Source of the DNA: Ionaspis alba
Taxonomy: Eukaryota
Direction: 5' to 3'
Assembly (NCBI GenBank): GCA_964255285.1
Contig: CAXUUL010000030.1
Span: 1 to 55,960, forward strand
DNA: 55,960 bases
Positions 11,597 to 22,579 of the stretch are shown piece after piece (position 1 is the stretch's first letter; every line of letters begins with the position of its first letter). The notes beneath the pieces are model-generated. The model worked only from the letters and a program-made list of their open reading frames with translations, ran no database searches and had not been told where the DNA came from. The position numbers and the translations under genes were made by a program.

Positions 11597-13687
11597 ATGG
11601 AGAACGAGACCGAGCTACCTGAGCGGCCAAAAGAAGATAAAAAGGCCGCCAAGGAGAAGAAACAGCCAAAAGAGCCGAAGGAGCCCAAACCTGTGAAAGA
11701 GTCAAAAGCTCTCCCACCGAAGAAGGAGAAGCTTCCAAACGCGCCAGCCGTACCGGTGGATCCTGATAGTATTTTCAAGGAAGGCTTCTTGAAGAACGTA
11801 TACAATGAAAGACCAGCAAAGCATGTCATTACACGATTCCCGCCAGAGCCCAATGGCTACCTCCACATCGGTCATAGCAAAGCCATTGCCATTAATTTTG
11901 GCTTCGCGAAATATTATGGTGGTGACTGTTACCTGCGATTTGATGACACAAACCCGGAGAAAGAAGAGGAAAAATACTTCGTCGCCATTCAAGACATGAT
12001 TGAGTGGCTGGGCTTCACACCTTACAAGATTACTTACTCGAGCGATAACTTCGACAAATTATACGATTTGGCTGAGGAATTGGTTAAGCGAGATGGTGCC
12101 TACGTATGCCACTGCACAGGTAAGGGACTCTGGTGTGTAGAGAAGGAGACGAGCACATACTGAAATTGATGTCATAGACACCGAAGTCAAGAAGCAAAGA
12201 GGGGAAGGGAAAGGCCTGGAAAGATACAACTGTCCACACCGAAATCGTCCCATTGAAGAATCCTTGACGGAGTTTCGGGCAATGCGAGATGGTAAGTACA
12301 AACCGAGGGAGGCTGTTCTAAGAATGAAACAAGATATGCAAGATGGGAACCCCCAAATGTGGGACTTGACGGCATATCGAATACTTGAAGCAGAACATCA
12401 TCGATCAGGCGATAAATGGCGGATATACCCTACATACGACTTTACACACTGTCTCTGTGATAGCTTCGAGGACATCACGCATTCCCTATGTACAACAGAA
12501 TTCCAATTGTCACGGGTCTCGTATGAGTGGCTTTGTGATGCTGTTGGCGTATACAAGCCAATGCAAAGAGAGTCAGTACTCTCGGTCTCTTCTTTGCGGT
12601 CACACTGACGATCTGTCTCAGGTATGGCAGACTCAACGTTACAGGCACGGTGCTATCAAAACGGAAGATTGCCAAGCTAGTCGAGGAGAGGATGGTCAGA
12701 GGCTGGGACGATCCCCGACTCTATACCTTGGTTGCTCTTCGTAGGCGTGGTGTACCTCCAGGCGCAATTCTCTCCTTTGTGAACGAGCTCGGTGTCTCGA
12801 CCGCTCTCACCAATATTCAACTCGTCCGCTTCGAGCAGGTAGTCCGAAAATATCTCGAACAAACAGTACCTCGCCTGATGCTCATCCTCGACCCGATACC
12901 GGTTATCATAGATGATCTCCCAGATGACTATCTGGAAGAACTCGAGCTACCATTTTCACCAAAAGATCCAGCTATGGGAAGTCATACTGTGCCGTTCACC
13001 AAGAAGGTCTACATTGACCGGAGCGATTTCCGTGAGGTGGACAGCAAAGACTACTTCCGATTGGCACCGGGCAAAGCAGTCGGATTGCTGAAAGTGCCAT
13101 TCCCTGTCAAAGCGACGACCTTCAAAAAGGATGAATCAACAGGCTTAGTCACAGAAGTCCACGCCACTTATGAAAAGCCAGAGGAGGGAACAGCGTTCAA
13201 GAAGCCGAAAACTTACATCCAATGGGTTGCGGCGTCCGAGAAGCACAATTCCCCCATCAAGGCCGAGGTACGCGTCTTCAGCTCTCTATTCAAGTCTGAC
13301 AACCCAGATGCGGCAGAAGGCGGCTTCTTGGCGGATGTCAATCCAAAGAGCGAGGAAGTCTACCCGAATGCTGTGGTCGAGACTGGACTGATTGAAGTTC
13401 GGAAGCGCGCTCCCTGGCCTGCAGAGGCAGGTGAGAACGTCAAGTCTCCAACGGAAGGAAAGGATCCCGGAGCCGGCAGCACAGAAGACCTGAAGAGGGC
13501 GACCCAATCTGAGGCAGTCAGGCTTGCTGTGGAAAGTAAGACTCCGGAGCCGCACTACGAACCTGGGCTTGAGACTGTACGGTTTCAGGGTCTTCGGGTT
13601 GCTTACTTTGCTCTGGACAAGGACAGCGTAGATGGTAAGGTTGTGCTCAATCGGATTGTCAGCCTCAAGGAGGATGCGGGGAAGTAG
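11597..13687 (+). CDS. GLN4: Glutaminyl-tRNA synthetase
   Basis: [49 protein letters not shown] and WDDPRL. Introns 12120-12177 and 12572-12621. Confidence 0.96.
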
Positions 13688-14027
13688 AAGAATTCCACTG
13701 GGAGTTGCGTTTGTAGGAAAACGATGGCTTGTTCGCTTTTGCACTGATGCACTTAGGTGTGAGGAGTTTTTCAAGGGATTGACGAACCATGATGGAGAAT
13801 ACCCACTGTACCGTTACCATAGACTAAGCGGATAGGAATCACAATAGACGGTTCGGGTTTTGAGACCACAAATCAGAAGCTTCTTCCATTGTCATCAAAT
13901 CTCGTGTTTAGCATTCGTAATTTCCATTCCCGGCACTGTTTCGAGCAGATTCTGGTTCATAGAACGCCAGCCCGCTACATGCAAAGGACATCTGGAACAT
14001 TTCAAGCATAACCGTATGGCAGCCCTC

Positions 14028-15164
14028 TCACATCGTCTCCGCCACCACGCCCTCGTCACTTTCACTCAAACTCTCGTCCCCACTGACCTCCATATTCTCT
14101 CTCTCCCTCTTCTCCATCAACGCCTGCAGCTCAGCGTCATCGTTCTCGGTCACTGCCTTTGGCGCCATCTTCGTCACACAGCCACCACCATTTGCTCTTA
14201 TATTGCCTTCGATCTCCTTGATCGCACTCTCCAGCGTCGTAATGCCCGTATGCTTTTCCAGACACTGGGACGTGAGAACATAAAGGGGTGGTGAGACGAG
14301 TTTGACCTTGACTTGAGTCTCTGGCGTGTTGTGGGCTTCGGCAGCTCGTAGGGCATTCTTCACAGCGTCGATACCTTCGTACCCGAAACAGGTTACTTCG
14401 ACGTCGGCGCGGACTTTGGTCGGTTGCGGGGTGAGGCGCTTGGAGATGTAGGATTGGAGCTCGTTTTGGACCACAGGAGATGGGAAAGTGACTTCATTCC
14501 AGACGTCAGGATTTCTATCCAAAGTTAGTCAACGAATGTGGAGGGAGACTGCAGAAGTGTCCTTTAGGAAGGGTGAAGATGTCTTGGTGGGTAAACATAC
14601 GTAATCGACATCTTGAAGGCGTCGAGAGCGTTGCCATATTTTTTGTTTAGAGGCCAACCAATTGATGAGTAGAGGGTTTCCATTGGGGTCCGCGTCTTCT
14701 CGGCAACATGGCGCATGATAGAAGCCACCATTTTGCCCTTGTTGAATTTCTCTTCGCATTTAACGATATCTTCTGGTGACACCCGTCGTTTCGATAGATC
14801 GATATAACCTGATCAAGCCCACATTCAGCTTGCCATCCCTGATTCGGAGTCATCCGAGAACCACACCTTTCTCCTTGTCTACTCTCAGAACTACGACCAC
14901 TTCGTTCCTCCCAACCCGGATGAGCTTTTGTATACTTCGTATCCGTCTTCTGGACAGTTCTGAGAGAAGGATCATGCCATCGATATTGTCGTATTCTAGC
15001 AGTTTAACGTATGCGCCCATTTCGGCTATTTGCTTGACATTGACCTGGACGTAGATAACGTATCAGCTATTAATCTTTCTCTATAGACCAGCCTCACATA
15101 CCATCACAAAGGAGTCTATCTCCGGATACTTCTCCTCGTAGAAACGGCAATTGGTCAACGACAT
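14028..15164 (-). CDS. SUI2: Translation initiation factor eIF2 alpha subunit
   Basis: [58 protein letters not shown] (Ser51 site), YIDLSKRRV and [20 protein letters not shown]. Multi-exon. Confidence 0.97.
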
Positions 15165-15610
15165 CTTTCCTCGTAGCAAAGTCTTGTCTGTAGCCTTTAT
15201 TCTTTGTGGTGAAGCTCGAATTCTCTGGTGTGGCTTCAAAATGTAACACGGCTATGAGGGATTTTTGGCGATAGTAGGGATCAGGTAGGACGATCTGGAA
15301 TTCGTAAATGGTGATGGAAAGCCTGTGCATCATAGGCCCTTCCGGATATCGAAATATTTGTATAAAACGCTAAGCCTTACAGCACGCTACGGAATTCGTA
15401 GGTGGAAAGTAAATCTGCATTGCGGCACAGCAAAAAACGCACGCTGCCTGGAAAAAAAAAACCTGCTTTGCGACGCAGCTTTGGAGCAACAATACAACAT
15501 ATGAACACTTCAATCATCTAGATGGATCCGGCTTATTAAGAAGGGAAAAGCAGCTTGATTCCATAAGCAGAAGTAAATGTTCTGGTGTTATTTCACAACA
15601 TGAGATCGGA

Positions 15611-15710
15611 NNNNNNNNNNNNNNNNNNNNNNNNNNNNNNNNNNNNNNNNNNNNNNNNNNNNNNNNNNNNNNNNNNNNNNNNNNNNNNNNNNNNNNNNNN
15701 NNNNNNNNNN
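15611..15710. other. Assembly gap (100 N)
   Basis: Run of 100 N. Confidence 1.
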
Positions 15711-15723
15711 TACTGCTCTTTAT

Positions 15724-16878
15724 GTGGACGGTGGCAGCAATGCGTCTCGCACCATATCCAATTTAATGCTTAAAACATTCGCACTCCGTATGGCCGTCTT
15801 CATTGCGTATGGTCATCTCGGCTCTCTCCAGAATAAATCAGACCGGTCCTCTACTGCTCTACCAAGAATGCTTGTTTTGATGTTTCTACCTGGCGCAACG
15901 CTGGTTCAGCCTCTCTATGACCAACTACGTCTTTTTGGATTAGTCTCGGTAAGAGATCGAACCTCGCTGAGATACACTCTGATAGCCGCCGCGGGGCTAC
16001 ATCTGCCATGTCGACAGGCCTATGTGAATGGGCATCTGATGCCAAACAGGAATATCGCCCTCGGTGACATTCCTCTAGTAAAACTCAGACATGTACCGGC
16101 TTCTTGGACGTGGGATTCCGTAACGCTGAATGCTGGGCGCTGCCTAACAGTTCTTGTTGTATTGGCTCAGTCGATCGCTAGTCTGGTGTTGGTCGCCCGG
16201 AGACGACAAGTGGAAAGTGCAACTTTGTTGGTTGATTCTGTTAACGGCATATACGCTCTCGTCGCCATATGGAGTTCCTTGAATTCTCTCGTTTTGATGG
16301 TCGTTGGTGGGAAATGGGAGATTAGAGAAGACGATCAAGGCAACGTATTTATTCCAACCGACTCATCCATGTTCGCTGGGGAATCGTTTATAAAGATGAT
16401 CGTTGCTTTACTACTTTTGGGTTTCCTGCCGACAGCAGTACTACGTGGTCAGCGTTTGTTGGAGTTCCCTGTGGATGTGCCGAGAACTGCTTCTATCAGG
16501 ACGCAGGATTTTCAACCTCGACGGAGCGTGGTGCCTCCACCGCCGTTCGTCTGGCCTTTATGGAAAGCGGTGCCTTCTTGGCCGGCAGTCACAACAACCG
16601 TGCTTTTGTTCCTAGCGGTCCTAGCGGCAGAGATACGAGTATTGATGCGCACCTTGCCGCTACTCAAACGTAAGCGGAGTTGGGACAGTCTTGCTACCGT
16701 TACTGGAGAAGCTATGATAGCTCCGATTCTGTCGACAATAATCAGCTGCCAGCTCTTTTATTGGTATGCCAGTATCTACGAGCTGATTGTATTGTCGAAC
16801 GGGCAAGAGATTGATGTTTGGGGTTCGGATCAGTGGCGATGGAGTGACCCCTGGTCGGAAGCGTTATTTGTGTATTGA
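15724..16878 (+). CDS. Hypothetical multi-pass membrane protein; true start probably in or before the gap
   Basis: 384-codon uninterrupted ORF with about 6 hydrophobic segments, ending ..WRWSDPWSEALFVY. No family recognised. Confidence 0.6.
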   Translation: MDGGSNASRTISNLMLKTFALRMAVFIAYGHLGSLQNKSDRSSTALPRMLVLMFLPGATLVQPLYDQLRLFGLVSVRDRTSLRYTLIAAAGLHLPCRQAYVNGHLMPNRNIALGDIPLVKLRHVPASWTWDSVTLNAGRCLTVLVVLAQSIASLVLVARRRQVESATLLVDSVNGIYALVAIWSSLNSLVLMVVGGKWEIREDDQGNVFIPTDSSMFAGESFIKMIVALLLLGFLPTAVLRGQRLLEFPVDVPRTASIRTQDFQPRRSVVPPPPFVWPLWKAVPSWPAVTTTVLLFLAVLAAEIRVLMRTLPLLKRKRSWDSLATVTGEAMIAPILSTIISCQLFYWYASIYELIVLSNGQEIDVWGSDQWRWSDPWSEALFVY

Positions 16879-17181
16879 AACATTGAAACATTTTCCCGCA
16901 AGCATTTTTCGACTTCTTACAATTTCAATCAAGAATGGGTTGAAAATTCGTTGCACAGTGCCTCGACCACCTACTCCAGCTGACGCCACCATGAGTACAT
17001 CTACCTGCGAAAAAGACACGATGTGTGCCTTTGGTATCAACAAATAGCCGCAGCTCAGACAGAGCTGCCGAAACCGCAAAGTGCAAAAAGCGAAGCAATC
17101 CCAAGTCGTGAAATACACATCCAGAGAGATAGGTCCGTAGATATTACCCAATAGGAATAGAAAAGACATCCACTTCGTCCC

Positions 17182-18319
17182 TCACTTTCTCAACACTGCT
17201 TCGTAGATACTTGTCAATGCTCCAATACCAGCTCCAACAAAGATACCTTGCCGTCCACCTGGAATGGCCGTCTCGAGTTTCCAAATGCTGTCGATTTCAT
17301 GAAAGCCGAAGAATGTCATACCTTGCCCATAAACCAACCACGCCACAAGCGCTTTAGCGATGTTGTATGTTAACGGATCGAATTGTTGCGCCGACTGAAT
17401 GTGTTTCGAATTCTTGACTTGCCCATGCTTAGCTTTGAGACTCAAATTGAAGAAATAAGAGGCTGTTAGTGGTAACAGAACACTGGTCAGCAGCCATAAC
17501 GGAAACAAGACCCAGAACTCCGGTTTCAGTAGCGCGAACAAATCGGGCACCTTGGCCGGGATCTCCGGTGTGCGTAGTGTCTGGGAAGCGGGGATCATAG
17601 CCAGGTATTTCGTAGGCAGTATCGTCTGTCGCAGACCGTTTAGTTCCACGAGGAGGGCTAGAGTCTCGATCGCAGGCGTGCTACTCAACATATCGCGGAG
17701 ACGGTCGGTCTTTTCCGCAATACCAAGGGTGCTTAACTTGTCACTGATGTTGGAGCGCACTTTGGCGGTTTGTCGGTCTATCTGATTTGCGACAACGGCT
17801 GGTGAAGGGGGTAGTGGGACGCGTGCGGCGAGGTTCGAGATGGGAGTGCGCGTAGCAAGGGCACGTTCTGGCTCCGCTTCTGAACTCTCACTGCTGTTTC
17901 GACGCGTAAGCGGTGTATCCCTATCGTGCTCGGCCCCGCCCCCTCAACTTTGAGGGACGAGGCTGGTTTGACTAACGTCTGCTCCAGATCCTCTCTTGCC
18001 TTCGTGGTTCTTCTCGCCCGAGGAGTCTTTGTTTCTGTCGCCGGCGCTTCCTTCTTGACGGGTGAGGCGTTGATGCGCTTGTAGTATGGCTGAAGAGCAT
18101 TGTCTTTGGATAGCTTAGTTTGGTTGGCACGCATGTGCTCGTCGAGCGCAGTCTCGAGGTCAACTTTCTTGAGGTTGTCATAACTAGCAAGATGATAAGC
18201 ATCGCACGCGTGAGAAGTTCAAGGCGAGCATGTACGTACTCCTTCAAACCAACTTTCTCGGCAATCCCCAGAAGCTCGGTCTTTCGTTGGCCATGTAGCC
18301 ATGTTGCCGCGGCAGACAT
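17182..18319 (-). CDS. Conserved fungal membrane protein (N-terminal HeH-like motif, C-terminal TM helices; tentatively GTT3-like)
   Basis: MSAAATWLHGQRKTELLGIAEKVGLKE|YDNLKKVDLETALDEHMR.., an S/T/P-rich linker, FWVLFPLWLLTSVLLPLTASYFFNL, FDPLTYNIAKAL and GALTSIYEAVLRK. Two introns. Confidence 0.7.
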
Positions 18320-18381
18320 TGTATTGAAAGGCTGGATAAGTGTCGCCTTAGCTATGCGACCGCAACGAGTATATGTAAGAG

Positions 18382-18481
18382 NNNNNNNNNNNNNNNNNNN
18401 NNNNNNNNNNNNNNNNNNNNNNNNNNNNNNNNNNNNNNNNNNNNNNNNNNNNNNNNNNNNNNNNNNNNNNNNNNNNNNNNN
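18382..18481. other. Assembly gap (100 N)
   Basis: Run of 100 N. Confidence 1.
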
Positions 18482-18671
18482 CGGACAAATTATTCTGCCA
18501 GCTTCCGATGACATATCAAAAAATTGTTGACTGAAAGCGGTCAATCTCAAGTCGTCTTCACTAGCATCCACGCATTCGCAGTGTTTTCCTTGGGACAGAT
18601 TTCGCCACTGTCGCTATGGATTCTCTGTCTTCGTGACCCTAGAGAAGGAACCACAACCTCGAGGAAGGGCC

Positions 18672-20053
18672 ATGTCCCTTGCCTCTCGCCTTGTCAACCT
18701 ATTCATCCCAAGTCAAGCTCCACAGCTTGCACCATCGGATGGAAGTCCTGTCACGCAATTTGACCTTACACCACATCATGGAATCCAGCAATCACAATCC
18801 GTACCTAGAGGGCCTAGAAGGGAGGAATCTTCGCAGTTGTGGATTATGGAGGAGGAAGAGACGGAGGGGCGACCGCCTTATCTCCACGTGCGTTGGATCA
18901 ATTTATCCAGAGACTACCCGACTGGAAGGGTGAAAGGCTGACATTCACGTAGTCTATGATTGCGGGTGGTATTGGTGGAACAACTGGCGACCTCCTTATG
19001 CATTCTCTTGATACTGTCAAAACTCGCCAGCAAGGCGATCCTCATATTCCTCCTCGGTATACATCCATGTCCTCCACATACGCCACAATCTTTAGACAAG
19101 AAGGAATCCGGAGAGGTCTTTACAGCGGAGTGACGCCTGCCTTTCTCGGCTCGTTACCTGCCACCGTCATCTTCTTCGGTACCTATGAGTACAGTAAGCG
19201 ACACATGATAGATATGGGCGTTCCTTCTTCACTTGCATATCTTGCCGGAGGTTTGCTTCCAGTTTTCCCAAGGGAAAGCTCTTGACTGAAAGAATCAGGG
19301 TTCATTTCCGATTTCGCTGCTTCGTTCGTCTACGTCCCTTCTGAAGTCCTCAAAACCCGCCTCCAGCTGCAAGGCCGCTACAACAATCCTTTCTTCACAT
19401 CCGGATATAATTACCGCTCAACCGCCCATGCTGCGCGCACAATCATCCGCCAAGAAGGCATCTCAGCTCTCTTCCACGGCTACAAAGCCACCATCTTCCG
19501 TGACCTCCCCTTCTCCGCAATACAGTTCGCTTTCTACGAGCAGGAACAGCGCCTGGCGAAAGGTTGGGCGGGGAGCCGAGACATTGGGCTGGGATTGGAG
19601 ATTCTGACTGGAGCGACAGCAGGTGGCATGGCAGGTGTGCTGACGTGTCCGCTTGATGTCGTGAAGACGAGGATACAGACACAGCTCAATCACTCCGGAT
19701 CGACATCACCCATTTCCTCTCGAGTGACCAATCTACAGCAGCAAAAGCCCGCTCCTGCGCCGACAATTCCTTCTGCGAAAAGCGCGCAGCAAAGACGGAA
19801 TATCTCGACCTCCTCTCCCAGTACCTCGATTCGCAAACCGGGCTCCGTTATCCTGGACACTTCATCCGTGATTACTGGCTTGAAACTCCTGTACAAGACC
19901 GAAGGCTTCGCCGGTTGGTTTCGTGGTGTTGGTCCACGAGCCGTGTGGACGAGTGTGCAGAGCGGCACAATGTTGGTACTCTATCAGGCGCTGTTGAGGC
20001 AACTAGAATTGCATCCACTTATGGGACCGAGCGGGGGAGCGGGGATTGTATGA
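18672..20053 (+). CDS. MME1: Mitochondrial carrier family protein, Mme1-like (Mg2+ exporter, YMR166C type)
   Basis: Three carrier repeats: MHSLDTVKTRQQG, YVPSEVLKTRLQLQGRYNNPFF and TCPLDVVKTRIQTQ, with C-terminal GVGPRAVWTSVQSGTML. First intron 18888-18952, second near 19250-19298. Confidence 0.82.
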
Positions 20054-20458
20054 TACTTACTACGGGGCTGGTGTAGATGACCCGGTGCATTCTGAGGATC
20101 GCTCGCGGAGTTTGGTGATTGGCATTTCTGCGGGTATAGGTGTGCACTTTGACGCCTTTCTGCTCTGTATTTGGATTGGTCGGCCTTATTAGAGATCTGT
20201 GAGGACCACGACCATACATAATCTTTTGAGCCATGTCAATATTAAGCTTGTTCCTGACCTCTGAAATGCCCTACGTTATTTCAATGGTGCGCATCATCGT
20301 AGGATCCTTTTGAGTTTAGGTCTTGACGTTACGTATTCACAGTTTTTGACTAATCTCAACACACAGCGCGGCGTAGGTGAGCCACGATGCAACAACGACA
20401 AAGAAGAACCATCCCGAGTACGAGTACAAGCCGTCTTCGCGACCTAACTCTTCTTCAT

Positions 20459-22163
20459 CTACAGCATCATGTCCAGCGGATTCTCTACCACCTTTTTGAA
20501 CTCCCGTATCCATTCCCCACCCACAGCTCCATCCACAACCTTGTGATCGAAGCTGCCCGTCACCACAATCTGGTCATCCCACTCGACACCCGTCCCATCT
20601 TCTCCCTCGGCGGGTACAGCTACTTTTCTTGTCGTGCCAACAGCCAAGATACCAGCTTGCGGGGGATTGATAACAGCCGTGAAGCGCTCGACTGCAGCGT
20701 TCATACCCATATTGCTGATCGTGAAAGTTCCTCCCTGGTATTCCTCTGGCTTGAGCTTGCCATCCCGAGCCCGCTTTCCGAGATCCTTGACCTGTGCCGA
20801 TATGCTTTGCAGGCCCATCCCTTCCACGCCCTTGACGATTGGAGTCATAAGACCAACAGGTGTGGCGACAGCGACGCTGACATCCACCGTATTATGCTGG
20901 CGAATGACAGTCTGGCCACCTATTTCTCGCCAACTGGAGTTTACAGCAGGTACTTTCTTGCAGGCGACTCCACATGCCTTGATTAGGAAGTCGTTTACGG
21001 AGAGCTTGTACTTGCCGTCGGCAGAGGAGTTGAGTGCCTGGCGAAGCTTAAGCAATTTGGAGACGGAGAGAGTGGCCGAGACGAAGTAATGTGGGTTTTG
21101 GTTCATGGATTGCACGAGTCGATTGGCGATGGTCTTGCGCATGGAGCTGGCGGGAATGTCTTCGTAGGATGGACCTGCTGCTGCTGTGGCGCCGGAGACG
21201 GGGGCAGACGACGCAGCAGGCTTATACTTTTCGATGTCTTGCTTGGTGATGCGGCCATTAGGTCCGGTGCCTTTGATCTCCTTGATTGGGACACCTCTCT
21301 CAAGAGCCAATGCCTTTGCAAGCGGGCTTGCATTCGGTTCTCTGTCTAAGCTTGTTTGTAATTTCCCCCCTGTTGATTCGGACTCAGGCTCAGGTTCTTG
21401 AGACTTTGGAGCAGATTTCGATTCTGGTTTCCCTTTGGCGATTTCGGATGGTGAGGTCTCAGATCCTGAGTCTGGAGGCTCTGATGACTCTGAGGCTTCT
21501 TCCTTGGGTGCATCTTTAGGTGGTGCCTTCTCTTCTCCTGCATCTTCGAGGGTGAAGGATTCAAAGGCCGATACATCCCCGCCCTCTTCGATCATGACAG
21601 CTATTGGCTAGGGAGAAAGTCAGAACGAAGTAGGCAACAGAAAGATCCAATGGACTCACGTTCCCCACGGCCACATCTTTCTCTCCAGCCTCCTTGAGGA
21701 TTTTAGCTAATACGCCATCTTCTTGAAACTCGAAGTCCATTTGAGCCTTGTCCGTTTCGATCTCAACCAGAACATCACCAGGTGCGACGGTATCTCCAGC
21801 TTTTTTTTGCCATGTTCCAATGTTTCCAGCAGTCATCGTCGGTGAGAGGGCAGGCATGCTGACAACTGTGTGGGGCGGAAAAGCTGCACGGCATTAGTTG
21901 TGACAAGCAATTGCGTCTTGAGCGGGGGAAATCTACACTTCGAGGCATAGTATCTTGCCAGGGCAGGTAGGATGGGGACATATCTGAAGCAGACGAGTTG
22001 ATTAGTATTGCTTCTATGATATTCACGATGCTTAGTCGTATTAAAGCTATCTTTACCGAGTAGCATTGGGACTTCTGCAGGACCTCAAAAGCCCCTGGGA
22101 GCTATATGAAGCTCGAGAACATGTTCGTATCGATGCGCGGCTCAAAACTGCCGTGGCAGACAT
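20459..22163 (-). CDS. LAT1: Pyruvate dehydrogenase E2, dihydrolipoamide acetyltransferase
   Basis: Mitochondrial presequence, lipoyl domain ([26 protein letters not shown]), E3-binding [17 protein letters not shown] and catalytic SFDHKVVDG. Confidence 0.96.
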
Positions 22164-22579
22164 AACCGATGGCGCAAGTAGAGTTGGCAATTGAAAATAA
22201 GGAGTGACTACAAAAGACGTCGTGTGACAGTAAGCACACGACTATGAATAAAGAGCACACCGAAGGGAGTGGCAGAGGTAAGGTTGCGAAGCTGTTGAGA
22301 CCATTTTCTCTTGCTGAGCTCCTAGTTCCTCCGCTCCGCTTTCGCCAAGGCTTTTGACTTAGAGTTGCGGACGGAAAATCCCGGTGCCCGAGTGCCGATT
22401 CTTAGTCAATCTTTATTTCTGTGAGAGCTTGAGAAAGACATGTGTGAACTGCGGTGCTGAGCCGCGACTTGCAACATTACTTCCACGAAGCCTCATTTAC
22501 TTTAATAAACAATGGAGAGGCACTCGCTAGGACTCTTACGACCATGATATTACGCTAATTGATCCATACCGTCTTCACA

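Noticed and set aside
20387..21401. Long antisense ORFs over LAT1 (also over SPF1, PLD, GLN4 and SEC7)
   Set aside because: These are shadow ORFs of codon-biased coding strands, with no motifs or splice support.
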